The position numbers and the translations under genes are program-made. From an uncultured bacterium (lineage in GTDB: Bacteria > Zixibacteria > MSB-5A5 > CAIYYT01), in NCBI GenBank assembly GCA_963726455.1, contig CAVSCK010000002.1, positions 32,001 through 96,000 on the forward strand: 64,000 bases of DNA, given 5' to 3'. A model generated the notes under the pieces. That model was not told the origin of the DNA. It ran no database searches and worked only from the letters and a program-made list of their open reading frames with translations. Position 1 is the stretch's first letter. Each line of letters opens with the position of its first letter. This document shows, one piece after another, positions 8,300 through 18,434 of this stretch.

Positions 8300-11278
8300 A
8301 TGAATCCGCAAAAGAACAACACCAGGTTTTGGACAGTGATCGGCTTAGCCCTCACGCTGTTCATCTATGGCTGCTCGGGAAAGACCGGCGGCACCAATCC
8401 GGTCGGCAATGAAGAACCAGCTCCCGAAGCACCGCAGAATCTCTCTGCTACTGCCATTTCAGCAGACAGCGTCCAACTCACCTGGCAGGACGCTTCAGGC
8501 AATGAACTTGGCTTTGCGATTGCCCGGCAGAAAGAGGGCGAGACCAAATGGACCAAGCTGGGACAACTGCCGGCCAACTCAACAATGTATATTGACTCGA
8601 GCGTCTCCGCAGCGACCACCTACATCTACAAAGTGAAGGCGACGGGATCCCGCAGCGAATCCCAATACTCCAATGAAGCATGGGTGTCCACCCCAGCCCT
8701 ACGCAAAGGACCGGCGGCTCCAACAAATCTACAGTTGACCCTCCTCGGGCCGGTAGTCATGCTTGCCTGGGTAAGCAGCGCGAATGACGTGGAAGGTTTT
8801 CGAATGTATCGCAAGGCATCAACCGACTCACTCTGGAGACTTGCGGGAACCCAGTCTTCGCTGGCTCGTTCGTGGTCAGACACACACGCACCCCTGGACT
8901 CTAATCTTTCGTACAGGGTTACTGCCTACAATCCGGACGGAGAATCGGACTACTCGAACACGCAGATAATCAATACCTGGATTGATCCGCCCTTACCACC
9001 CGCAGCTCCATCGAATTTCCAGGCCACGGCTATCTCCAGTCATGAAGTCCAGTTGACTTGGACGGACAATTCGGCTGACGAATCCGGCTTCACTTTAGAG
9101 CATGGCGTGGGCGCAGACATCGTGCTGCCCACTACGCTGATCCCCGCGAATGCCACTTCCTACGTTCTGGACGGTCTCAATGCCGCAACCACGTACACTT
9201 TCAGACTGTATGCCCACAGCGTGCGGTACGGCAATTCCGAGGTGGTGGTGGCGATTGCCAAGACTTTGGATGGTCCGGAACCACTGCCACTAGCTCCAAC
9301 CAATGCCAGTGCGGTCTTCGATCCCTCCACGGGCATTGTGGTCACGTGGCAAGACAACGCCTACAACGAGACCGGATTTGACGTCGAACGACAGACTAGC
9401 GTTTCAGCGGATTGGGTCAAGGTTGCCGACATCGTTTCCGGAATCTCCATCTACACCGATTCCGACGTTACAACGGGCTTTGCTTACGGTTACCGTGTAC
9501 TCGCACATAATGCGACGGGCAACTCGGCGTACTCCAACGTGGCCACGGTGACTGTCCCTGATACTCAAGTGATAATACTTGCTCCGACAAACCTCAGCGC
9601 TACTCTAGAGAATGCCGCGAGCGTCCGGCTGACCTGGACGGACAACTCAGACAATGAGGATGAGTTCATTGTCGAAAGAAGCATTCCGGGCGGCACCTGG
9701 AACTACGTCGGGGCTATTTCGCTTAACGCGACCTATTACTTTGACAACAGCGTCGCGGAAAATACAACCTATCGATACCGGGTTGCGGCCGCCAAGGGAG
9801 TATACAAGTCTGACTTCAGCAATGAGGTGCAAATCACTATTCCAAGAGTGCCGCAGATTCCTGCAGCCCCGACCGACCTCAAAGCGGAATCCGTTTCGGC
9901 TAGCGCGGTCAAACTGATATGGCAGGATCACGCCAACAACGAGCTCGGCTTCCGCATTGAACGCCGGGGCGGCGCCCAACTGGAATGGAAGGAAATCGCC
10001 GTCACGAGCAGCGATGTGGTTCGCTTCGAGGACAAGACGGTTGCTCCGTCCACCGTCTATGACTACCGTGTCAGAGCATACAACAACGACGGAGAATCAG
10101 ACTATTGCAGTGTCTTCGGGGTCACCACTCCGTCGTTGGAGACCGTGCCGGCGACACCATCAGATCTCAAAGCCATCGCCCAGGGAACCGATCGCATCAA
10201 TCTGACCTGGAGGGACAATTCGACCAACGAGAGTGGCTTCAAAGTAGAGCGGCGCAAATCTACCGAGCTTGTGTGGTCCGAGATTGCCAGAACAGGCGCC
10301 AATGATGTTGATTACCAGGACAACGGTCTCCAGCAGAACACGACCTACTATTATCGTGTGCGGTCCTACAATGTCACAGGTAATTCCGACTACAGTCTGG
10401 AGGCCTCAGCGACAACCGAGGCGATACCAGTACCGGCGACACCTTCGGAGTTTTCGGCGGTAGCCACTTCACAGACGGAAATCAGTCTGACTTGGAAGGA
10501 TAACTCTTCGAATGAAAACGGTTTCACACTACTGCGAAACAAGTTCGGTAGCGATGTCGTTTTTGTAATACCTGTCGCTGCTGGCCAGACTGGTTATTCC
10601 GATACACCGCTCGAACCCAACACGAAGTACGTCTACCGGCTCTTCGCATTCAACAACATCTCGGGTAATTCCGATACTGTGCAGACCTCTGCGATCACTC
10701 TTCAGATTCCGAATCCGGCAGCCCCAAGCGATGTTAAAGCGATCATATATCCTGATGGTAAAGTAGTTGTCACCTGGAAAGACAACTCGGATAACGAAAG
10801 CAGCTTCGAAGTACAACGCCTTTCAGTTCCGTATATTGGAATTCCAAATTGGTCTATCGCTTGCACAGTGGGTGCGAATGCCACTTCAGCTCAAGATCGG
10901 GTTGATTCCACCAGATCTTACAGCTATCGCGTCGCGGCGGTAAATGCCGGAGGGAGAGCAACTTCGCCAGCCGTAGCTGCGGAAAAGCTGACTCCTCCTG
11001 CGGCCCCGACCAATCTGACGGGCTTTCGCAATGAGATTACCAGGCAGGTAACGCTCAAGTGGCACGACAACGCGGACAACGAGGATTCCACCGTGATAAT
11101 GTGGTACAATCGGGATGGCCTGCCGGGTCCCCATTTTGATAGGATCGGAGTGGTTGGACCGAATGTCAATCAGTGGCGTAACGTCTTTAACCAGATTCCG
11201 CCTGCCAATTCTATGTTCAAGATCCGGGTAGTAAATGCAGCCGGAGTAGCTGAAAGCTCGCAGTTTACTATTCAGTAG
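8300..11278 (+). CDS. Fibronectin type III repeat lipoprotein (~10 FN3 domains)
   Basis: AGGAGG RBS; lipobox IYG-C; repeats PxAPxNLxA...LTWxDNSxNExGFxxER...YxYRVxAYN. Confidence 0.9.
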   Translation: MNPQKNNTRFWTVIGLALTLFIYGCSGKTGGTNPVGNEEPAPEAPQNLSATAISADSVQLTWQDASGNELGFAIARQKEGETKWTKLGQLPANSTMYIDSSVSAATTYIYKVKATGSRSESQYSNEAWVSTPALRKGPAAPTNLQLTLLGPVVMLAWVSSANDVEGFRMYRKASTDSLWRLAGTQSSLARSWSDTHAPLDSNLSYRVTAYNPDGESDYSNTQIINTWIDPPLPPAAPSNFQATAISSHEVQLTWTDNSADESGFTLEHGVGADIVLPTTLIPANATSYVLDGLNAATTYTFRLYAHSVRYGNSEVVVAIAKTLDGPEPLPLAPTNASAVFDPSTGIVVTWQDNAYNETGFDVERQTSVSADWVKVADIVSGISIYTDSDVTTGFAYGYRVLAHNATGNSAYSNVATVTVPDTQVIILAPTNLSATLENAASVRLTWTDNSDNEDEFIVERSIPGGTWNYVGAISLNATYYFDNSVAENTTYRYRVAAAKGVYKSDFSNEVQITIPRVPQIPAAPTDLKAESVSASAVKLIWQDHANNELGFRIERRGGAQLEWKEIAVTSSDVVRFEDKTVAPSTVYDYRVRAYNNDGESDYCSVFGVTTPSLETVPATPSDLKAIAQGTDRINLTWRDNSTNESGFKVERRKSTELVWSEIARTGANDVDYQDNGLQQNTTYYYRVRSYNVTGNSDYSLEASATTEAIPVPATPSEFSAVATSQTEISLTWKDNSSNENGFTLLRNKFGSDVVFVIPVAAGQTGYSDTPLEPNTKYVYRLFAFNNISGNSDTVQTSAITLQIPNPAAPSDVKAIIYPDGKVVVTWKDNSDNESSFEVQRLSVPYIGIPNWSIACTVGANATSAQDRVDSTRSYSYRVAAVNAGGRATSPAVAAEKLTPPAAPTNLTGFRNEITRQVTLKWHDNADNEDSTVIMWYNRDGLPGPHFDRIGVVGPNVNQWRNVFNQIPPANSMFKIRVVNAAGVAESSQFTIQ

Positions 11279-11506
11279 GCCCCTTGTAGCGGGCTTCAAC
11301 AAGAAGCCCTGTGTTCACCCGGCGGGAGATCACTCAGGTCTCCCGCCGGTTCTGTATTGGAGTGCGATCGTGCACGTTATTCTCGGCTTGTCTGGCTGTG
11401 AGTTCCACTTTTGCGGCGCAAGAACTTGAGCGGTGCGCAGGTAGTTTGCTTCCGTTCCCAATGACAGACAAATCGTGAAGGAAATCCAAGAAAGCCCCAT
11501 TTCCTC

Positions 11507-11535
11507 CGTCACATTCTCGCCTCCCGTGACGCAAT
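11507..11535 (+). promoter_or_regulatory. Variant of the ECF-like promoter (CGTCAC-N17-CGCAAT)
   Basis: One mismatch per box, same 17-nt spacer; lies upstream of GAGGAG RBS and ATG 11596. Confidence 0.5.
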
Positions 11536-11595
11536 TCATTGTGAAAACAAGAGAAACCCGAAGTCAAACACCAATCCGATACGAGGAGTGACAGA

Positions 11596-11748
11596 ATGTA
11601 TCCATACATCGAATCTCCGATATGTTACAGAGGAGCAAATCGATTTAGCGATTGCACATCGAATTTCTTACCCAACAAGATAAGCCATTGGACCGTCCTC
11701 CTGTTAGCGTACTCATCATCCCGGGAATGTATGCGGTGCCGTATGTAA
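11596..11748 (+). CDS. Putative 50-aa peptide or truncated gene remnant
   Basis: GAGGAG RBS 7 nt before ATG; MYPYIESPICYRGANRFSDCTSNFLPNKISHWTVLLLAYSSSRECMRCRM; below the ORF-track cut-off. Confidence 0.35.
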   Translation: MYPYIESPICYRGANRFSDCTSNFLPNKISHWTVLLLAYSSSRECMRCRM

Positions 11749-11750
11749 CG

Positions 11751-13313
11751 TCAGGCCACGTCAGCAACGGGATTCGAATCAGCCGACTTCTTTAATTCAG
11801 ATTCGAAATATGCATTGGGGTTGTGGCGGATCGCATCCTTCGGCAGCCAATCCCAAAACTCACCGAGGTCCGTGCGAATCTTGTCGACAAAGTATGAAGG
11901 GATTTCGGTGGTCTCCTGCTCGAAGAACTGTCGGGCCTGCGGGTCAGTTATTAACAGGTTCCGGATCTTCGAAAAATACTTGACCCGCCCAAAGCGTTCC
12001 GACGAGAGTCCACGCACGACGTTCAGCCACCGGGGAATTGTCTCGCCATTCGCGCGGAACCTTCGAATGATCAGACGTGGAGAATAGGAGTATTTCGTCA
12101 CATCGATAAGGTTATCATAGAATTCGGGCCAGGAGTAGTTCTTCGGCTTGATGTTCATCTGAATGTTGCTGAGAAAATGAAACGGAAAAGGCAGAACCCG
12201 ATTGGCTCGTTGATATTCCAGATTCAGCGGCGCCGCTTGTCCAAAAGCCGACAGCATCGAATAGGCAGGAAAGGCGCCCGGTGTAAGATCGAGAAATCTC
12301 TTGGTCAGTTCAAACGGAGCCGTTCCTTCGTCGTTGTCGAGTCCGAAAATGTGATTGGTCTGCACGTAGGGAACATGCCGCAGAATCATGTTTACATGAT
12401 CAGAAACGGTTCTGACCTTTTCCATCCCCGTCATTTTCCCGGTCATGGATTTCTTTCCCAAACCAAACCAGGATTCGATTCCCGGTAGCAGGGCCTTGAA
12501 ACCATTGTACTTCAGCCGTTTCACACGATCTTCGGATAACAACGATAGAGTTGATTCGGCGATAAAGTCGATTCGCCCCGGCGGCACGGCATCCTCGATT
12601 GCATCCATGCAGTGGTCAAAGCGTACCCCGAAGTTCGGATCGTGCCAGGCAACTCGAGGGCGTTTCACCTTGCCGAGCAGAAACCGGAGATCGGACTTCA
12701 TTTCATCGGTATCCATCGGCTGGTAGGGAACGGTCGAGTCAATGCAGAAGTCGCAGGAATACGGGCAGCCAAGACTGCTCAGGAGCGGGACTATCTTGAT
12801 GAGAGGGGCTTTGCGGAGTGTCTGCTCTATGAACTTCCAGCGTTCACTCACACCCGGCAATTGGATGGGGTGCCGGTCGGCGGAAAGATACGATCCAAAG
12901 GGCCGGTGGGGGGCGCATTCCTCCAGGACTTCCTGAATGATGGACTTGTCGGTGAAACCAAGTACGTAGTCGAAGTATTTCTGAGCATCCTGCGGATAGC
13001 AGCGGGCGTGAGGACCGCCAATGGCCGTGACCGCTCCACGTGATCGAAACAGGTTGCTGAGCGCATAGGACAGTAAGGCGGCTTCGGTGAACGAGCTGAT
13101 AAAGACCAGATCCACGTCACCCGGCAGCTCTTCGAAAAGATTCTCCCGTCCGGTGTACGTCACCAAGGTCACGTAATGTCCCTGCTGTTCACACCAGGTG
13201 GCGACGACTTGGGGCATGATACTGACGAAGTTCGCTCCCATGACTCTCATCCACATCGTCCGCGTCGGAGCCTTGGCAACAAGATCGATTATCCCTATTT
13301 TCAGTTTACGCAT
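11751..13313 (-). CDS. Radical SAM protein with N-terminal B12-binding-like domain
   Basis: GCPYSCDFC (CxxxCxxC); N-terminal DLVFISSFT...IGGPHA cobalamin-binding-like fold. Confidence 0.85.
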   Translation of the reverse strand: MRKLKIGIIDLVAKAPTRTMWMRVMGANFVSIMPQVVATWCEQQGHYVTLVTYTGRENLFEELPGDVDLVFISSFTEAALLSYALSNLFRSRGAVTAIGGPHARCYPQDAQKYFDYVLGFTDKSIIQEVLEECAPHRPFGSYLSADRHPIQLPGVSERWKFIEQTLRKAPLIKIVPLLSSLGCPYSCDFCIDSTVPYQPMDTDEMKSDLRFLLGKVKRPRVAWHDPNFGVRFDHCMDAIEDAVPPGRIDFIAESTLSLLSEDRVKRLKYNGFKALLPGIESWFGLGKKSMTGKMTGMEKVRTVSDHVNMILRHVPYVQTNHIFGLDNDEGTAPFELTKRFLDLTPGAFPAYSMLSAFGQAAPLNLEYQRANRVLPFPFHFLSNIQMNIKPKNYSWPEFYDNLIDVTKYSYSPRLIIRRFRANGETIPRWLNVVRGLSSERFGRVKYFSKIRNLLITDPQARQFFEQETTEIPSYFVDKIRTDLGEFWDWLPKDAIRHNPNAYFESELKKSADSNPVADVA

Positions 13314-13512
13314 TTCACCTCATTTGGAGTTGAACCAGAGAATTTGGGCTGCACCGATGTCTACGAATGGCAGATCTATTGCTTAACTTGGCGGATTTCC
13401 GCGTGCTTGAAAGCTTGTGGGTCTCAGTCCGTCTGCCGGTAAATCAGCTACTACTTCCAATGTATACTCTTACACTCCATAACACAATACGTGAATAAAA
13501 ACAATTGAACAA

Positions 13513-13553
13513 TCAACCGAAGGATTGAAAACGGGACTAATCCCTAAGATTGA
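13513..13553. promoter_or_regulatory. Tandem imperfect palindromes, possible NarL/LuxR-type operator for the radical SAM gene
   Basis: TCAACC-gaag-GATTGA (13513-13528) and TAATCC-ctaa-GATTGA (13538-13553), between the regulator stop and the radical SAM start. Confidence 0.4.
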
Positions 13554-13557
13554 GAAG

Positions 13558-14265
13558 TTAGTAAAGCTTGGGGGATTTCCGGGCCGGCAATTCCCTCACC
13601 ATCCCTTCGGTGAGCGCATAGCTGGCCACCTCGAGACGGGTGTGGAGGGCGAGTTTTTCCAGGGTATTGTGGACATGGCTCTTGACCGTATGAACCGCGA
13701 TGCTTAGCTCTCGGGCGATGTCCTTGTTGCTCATGCCCCTGGCTATGAGATTGACGATCTCGTGTTCGCGCTTGGTCAGTTTGACTGATTTCATCAGACG
13801 ATCCGCTCTGCCGGTTTGAACGGCATATTCGACAATGTGAGAGAAGAGCGACCCGGTCAACGGGGGAGGAAGAACTTTCTTCCCTTTGGCAACCGATCTA
13901 ATGGTATGCAGGAAGTCTTCGATAGTGGCATCCTTGAGTATGAAACCGGAAACGCCTGCCTTGACGAATTCCACGACCTCGGCCTGGGCAGGTATGAGAT
14001 CCATCACTACAATCTCCGTCTTCGGAAATTTCTGTTTGATTATCTCGGCGATTCGCAGACTGCTCTGACTTCTGAGTCCCAAATCAAGCAGAACCACCTG
14101 GGGTTTGATTTTCTCCGCCTTCTCCTGCGCATCGCCGTTGCCAGTTGCCGAAACGGCGCGGATGTCCGACTGCTCATTGAGCATAGCAGTTATGCCTTCA
14201 CGCAGAAGGCGATTATCTTCGATCAAGAGAACTCGTATCTTTGGCATGTCTAATGACTCAGTCAC
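13558..14265 (-). CDS. NarL/FixJ-family response regulator (REC + LuxR HTH), orphan
   Basis: VLLIEDN...VLLDLGL...GFILKD; LTKREHEIVNLIARGMSNKDIARELSIAVHTVKSH. Confidence 0.92.
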   Translation of the reverse strand: MTESLDMPKIRVLLIEDNRLLREGITAMLNEQSDIRAVSATGNGDAQEKAEKIKPQVVLLDLGLRSQSSLRIAEIIKQKFPKTEIVVMDLIPAQAEVVEFVKAGVSGFILKDATIEDFLHTIRSVAKGKKVLPPPLTGSLFSHIVEYAVQTGRADRLMKSVKLTKREHEIVNLIARGMSNKDIARELSIAVHTVKSHVHNTLEKLALHTRLEVASYALTEGMVRELPARKSPKLY

Positions 14266-14656
14266 TAAGAGAGTAATGGGCCAACACCGGAAATATTAAA
14301 TGTCTATAAAGTGTCGTCAAGGGCAAAATCGACCTGACAATTCCGAACCTGCAGAATCACCGGATTCTCTCCCTAACTTCTGAGCTGCTTCTGGATTTTG
14401 CCGCCGACAACCGACTGCCTTTAATCATAGATGGGACTTGTCAAAGCAGCTCATACAGGCCTCACGGCTGCGTATCACACTAGGTGATTGGAAAGTATTG
14501 TTAACAACACCGACTGTAGTTTCGGCTGGCAAATGGGTGGATCAGGAAGTGGCGTCGGGTTGACCGCTTATGGCATGACTGGATCGGCGGCTGCAAGTTA
14601 CCAGGCGCCAGGGCTTGGAAGTAGCACAAGAAGGGGCGTTTGGGCGGAGTTCAAGA

Positions 14657-15381
14657 ATGTCGGTTGAACATAAAGCTGTCAAGATTTCGGTCGTGATTCC
14701 GGCCCATAACGAAGAAGCATACCTGCCGGCTTGTCTCGAAAGTCTTGCGCGCCAGGATTTTGCGTTTCCGTACGAGGTTATCGTCGTAAACAATGGCAGC
14801 ACGGACAAGACTGCCGAGGTTGCCCGCAGACTCGGCGCCATCGTAGTCGACGAGCCGCATTTCGGAATAACCTGGGCAAGGCAGAGAGGACTGGAGCATT
14901 CCAAGGGCGAGATCATCGCCTGCGTCGACGCCGATACTTATGTGGCGTCCGATTGGCTGCGGCAAATTCATGAAGCATTTTCCAAGGATAAGGAGACAGT
15001 CGGTTAGCGGGGAGAATCTTCTATACCAAAGGCAGTACGTGGAAAGGAATGCTGCCGGCTCTATTTGTCAGCGCTTTGCTGTTCACTGACATAGCTTTCC
15101 GGTTTCTGTTCCGGAGACCCGGTACACTCTGGGGAGGAAATTTCGCAGTCGAGCGGCAGGCACTTCTTTCAGTTGGGGGATTCAACAAAGACGTGGAGTT
15201 CTACGGTGAGGATACAGAGCTTTCGCTGCGACTGGCCAAGGTCGGTAAGATCAAATTTAACAAGAAGCAGATTGCGTTCACATCGCCGCGAAGATTCGAG
15301 CACCAACCGCTGCTCAGGACAATCTGGCCATATATTTCGGTGTTTGTTCACCTGATTGCTTCCGGCAGGTATCGTCGCTAA
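14657..15381 (+). pseudogene. Glycosyltransferase family 2, frameshifted at ~15003
   Basis: ISVVIPAHNEE...VVNNGSTD...VDAD in ORF 14615-15007 continues in another frame with GGNFAV...GGFNKDVEFYGEDTELS; one added base gives VGLAGRIFY. Confidence 0.8.
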
Positions 15382-15428
15382 GAGCAAGACCAGATTGCAG
15401 CCTGTTCGTTCGACGTCATGGTCACGCC

Positions 15429-16150
15429 GTGTCGTGTTTCGTCGGTATCGTGCTTGCTGGACTGACAGTCATTGACCATCTCTTCATTCTACCCGACATC
15501 GCAATTTTACGGCAAAGTCTACTATACAAGCACCGACTGTCGCGACAAAATGATTGCCCTCACTTTCGACGACGGCCCGGAAGAGCCGTTTACGTCGCAG
15601 GTATTGGATATTCTGGACAGAGTACCATATCAAAGCGACTTTCTTCGTGATCGGCGCCAATGCTGAGCAGTATCCAAACTCGGTCAAGGAAATAGTGAGT
15701 CACGGACACGTGATCGCCAACCACTCTTATGGTCATTCTTATATGCTGCCATTTGAAAGCAGGTCGAAAGTGCAGAACGATTTGCTGAAGACTGAGGACG
15801 TCATTTACAGCATCACCGGCCTGAGAACCAGACTGTTTCGACCTCCACACGGACTGAGGACACCCTGGTTTCTGCGCGACATCAGATCGCTGCAATACAG
15901 CACTGTGACCTGGAATGATATGACCAACGACTGGAATTCCCGTAAATCTCCTGAGAAAATCTGGGAGGCAGTGATTGCCGGTGCCAGGCCGGGGGGGATT
16001 ATTGATCTTCATGATGGCAAGGAATTAAGCCACGTGACGGACCGCAGCAACACGGTGCTCGCATTGCCGGTTGTCATTGATTCACTCAAGAAAGAGGGCT
16101 ACGTGTTCGTTTCGCTGCCCGAATTGCTGCGGCTCAGCCCGTACAAATAG
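15429..16150 (+). pseudogene. Polysaccharide deacetylase (NodB/CE4), frameshifted at ~15472 and ~15620; possibly fused to the GT2
   Basis: TM segment (frame of 15429), IALTFDDGP (frame of 15472), then KATFFVIG, ANHSYGH, LFRPPHG, IIDLHDG (frame of 15554). Confidence 0.8.
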
Positions 16151-16192
16151 GACAGTGTAACCTTACCTTACGTCTGTCAGGAGGAGCGAAGC

Positions 16193-16762
16193 TTGCGGAA
16201 AGTAGCATTGCACATGATGACCACCCTCGATGGTTGTGTAGCCGGTCCCAACGGCGAACTTGACTGGCTGTTCAACGTTGAGAGCAAGGGACGCAACGAC
16301 TATGTATTCAAGCTCTATAGCGAGGCGGACGGAATCCTTGTCGGACGCCAAACCTATCTTGCCTGTGCTGGCTACTGGCCGTCGGCAGAAACGAAAGGTG
16401 GCAAGGAGGGAGAATTCGCACATTTCATGAACAACCTGCCTAAGTATGTTGTCACCACGACGCTCGACAAAGTTGACTGGGCGAACTCAAGTATTGTCAA
16501 AGGATCGTTAGCTGATGGGGTCGCCCGATTGAAGCAGCAGTCCGGCAGTCATATCGTTCTGATCGGCGGTCTCAGAACCGTCCAGAGCATGATCAAGCTG
16601 GGTCTGATAGATGAATTCCACCTGATGATGCATCCAGTCGCCCTGGGACACGGGATGCCCCTGTTCGATGGATTACCGGAGCAGCTTGGTCTTGAACTGA
16701 TCGATGCCAAACCTTTCGATCAGGGTGTTGTCGGCCTACACTATCGACCAAGTCCCAAGTAG
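16193..16762 (+). CDS. Dihydrofolate reductase-like (RibD C-terminal) protein
   Basis: MRKV..MMTTLDG..GRQTY..KYVVTTTL..GLIDEFHLMMHPVALGHG; AGGAG RBS before TTG. Confidence 0.9.
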   Translation: MRKVALHMMTTLDGCVAGPNGELDWLFNVESKGRNDYVFKLYSEADGILVGRQTYLACAGYWPSAETKGGKEGEFAHFMNNLPKYVVTTTLDKVDWANSSIVKGSLADGVARLKQQSGSHIVLIGGLRTVQSMIKLGLIDEFHLMMHPVALGHGMPLFDGLPEQLGLELIDAKPFDQGVVGLHYRPSPK

Positions 16763-16883
16763 AGTACCTCTACTATTCCACAGTCTATGGTATCCTATCT
16801 CGCCTTCTCTATCGCCCCGTAGCTCAAAGCAACTCTTTCACTCGCCAGCCGTATGCATTATCTTGAGGAATGGCGAGGCCATC

Positions 16884-18257
16884 TTGACGCAAACGATTGA
16901 CAGCGAACGCACCGACTATACTCAAGGTTCCGTAACATCAGCTATTCTCAAAATGGGGCTACCGTCGATGTTCGGCTTTATGTCGCAGAACATCTACGGT
17001 CTCGTGAATATGTTCTGGGTTTCCCATTTGCCGCAGTCAGAATCGGCGGTGGCAGGAATAACGTTCTTCAATAACCTCGCGTGGTTTCTCAGCACTTTTA
17101 ATCATCTTATCGGTCCGGGTTCAGTCGCCGTGATCTCCCAGCGCTATGGCGAGGGAGAATATGACAAAGCGGAGAAGGCAATCAAGGAGACGCTGGTTCT
17201 TAAACTCCTATTCGGCGCGGCATTCGGGATCATCGGTTTCCTGTTTCTGCCACAGATGATGTATTTAATCGGTGCGCGCGACGATGCCCTGGCGCTCGGC
17301 CTGCAGTATGGGCGGATCATCTTTATCGGCCTGCCGATCAATTACGCGATCTGGACTATCTTCACGGCGCTGCGTGGCACGGCCAATCCGCACAAGGCGA
17401 TGGCGCTGATGCTGGGATTCAGCGTCCTGAACATGATTCTCGATCCGATCCTGATATTCGGTTGGCTCGGTATACCGGCGTTTGGAATGGTCGGCGCGGC
17501 CTATGCATCGGTCATTACGTTTACGACGATCTTCCTGATCGGTGTCTGGCTCTTCTTTGCGGGGCACACTAATGTCCGTCTCCACTGGAAGAGCCGAGAG
17601 AAGATGTCGTTGAATACAATGTGGATTCTGATCAAAATCGGGATACCGTCGTGGCTGGCGGAAATGTCGTTCTCATCGTCGCGTCTACTGATCACGCCGA
17701 TGATCGCGGGATTTGGGACCGCGGTAGTGGCGGCCTACGGTGTTGCCAATCAGATCATGGGTCTCGGTTTCACATTGCTTGTAGGAGTCGGCTTGGGTCT
17801 CTCGGCGTTGATCGGCCACACCGTCGGCGCGGGCAAGGTTGACCGCGCCAAGCGCACCGGCGACAAGTCGATCGCGCTGGCGGTGGGCATGATGACACTA
17901 TTTAGCGCGTTGGTCTTTGCCTTTGCTCCGCAGGTGCTTAATATATTCTTCTCAAATCCGGAGACTACCGCACACGGCGTCGGCCTGTTGCGCATTGTGG
18001 CTCTGTGCATGCCTTTCATGGGCGCCATGATGATGATAGAGTACGTTCACACCGGTGTCGGACTTAATACGCCGGCGATGGTGGTCAACATCATCAACGC
18101 CTGGGCGCTGCAGGTGTTGCCGATCTTTCTGGTCACTGAATTCTTCGGTGGAGGTGAACTGGCCATCTGGTGGATAATGACCTTGGCCGCGGCAATCAGC
18201 GCCTGCATGTTCTATCTGTATTACCAGCGCGGGAAATGGCTGACGGCTCGAGTCTGA
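16884..18257 (+). CDS. MATE family efflux transporter
   Basis: ~12 TM helices; NMILDPILIFGWLGIPAFGMVGAAYA; FGTAVVAAYG; start set to TTG 16884 after GAGG. Confidence 0.9.
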   Translation: MTQTIDSERTDYTQGSVTSAILKMGLPSMFGFMSQNIYGLVNMFWVSHLPQSESAVAGITFFNNLAWFLSTFNHLIGPGSVAVISQRYGEGEYDKAEKAIKETLVLKLLFGAAFGIIGFLFLPQMMYLIGARDDALALGLQYGRIIFIGLPINYAIWTIFTALRGTANPHKAMALMLGFSVLNMILDPILIFGWLGIPAFGMVGAAYASVITFTTIFLIGVWLFFAGHTNVRLHWKSREKMSLNTMWILIKIGIPSWLAEMSFSSSRLLITPMIAGFGTAVVAAYGVANQIMGLGFTLLVGVGLGLSALIGHTVGAGKVDRAKRTGDKSIALAVGMMTLFSALVFAFAPQVLNIFFSNPETTAHGVGLLRIVALCMPFMGAMMMIEYVHTGVGLNTPAMVVNIINAWALQVLPIFLVTEFFGGGELAIWWIMTLAAAISACMFYLYYQRGKWLTARV

Positions 18258-18320
18258 TAATCAGTGCCGAACACGCCAAAGACAAATCCCGCCGGGCGGC
18301 GGTCCGTCGGCAAGAAATGC

Positions 18321-18350
18321 AAAACGGCGCCGACATAGTCGGCGCCGCTT
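18321..18350. terminator. Terminator hairpin between convergent MATE and spoVG
   Basis: CGGCGCCGAC-ata-GTCGGCGCCG with AAAA on the left (U-tract on the minus strand). Confidence 0.65.
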
Positions 18351-18434
18351 GAGCATCCTCTGCCTGCCATAGGGTATGAGACAGGATGAGGGGTGTTTCA
18401 ACGACCTTCTATTTCAGAAGCAACGCTTCTATTA

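Noticed and set aside
5790-11278. Periodic repeats as a CRISPR array or DNA tandem repeat
   Set aside because: The repeats are protein-level (propeller blades, FN3 domains), degenerate at the DNA level and inside long ORFs.
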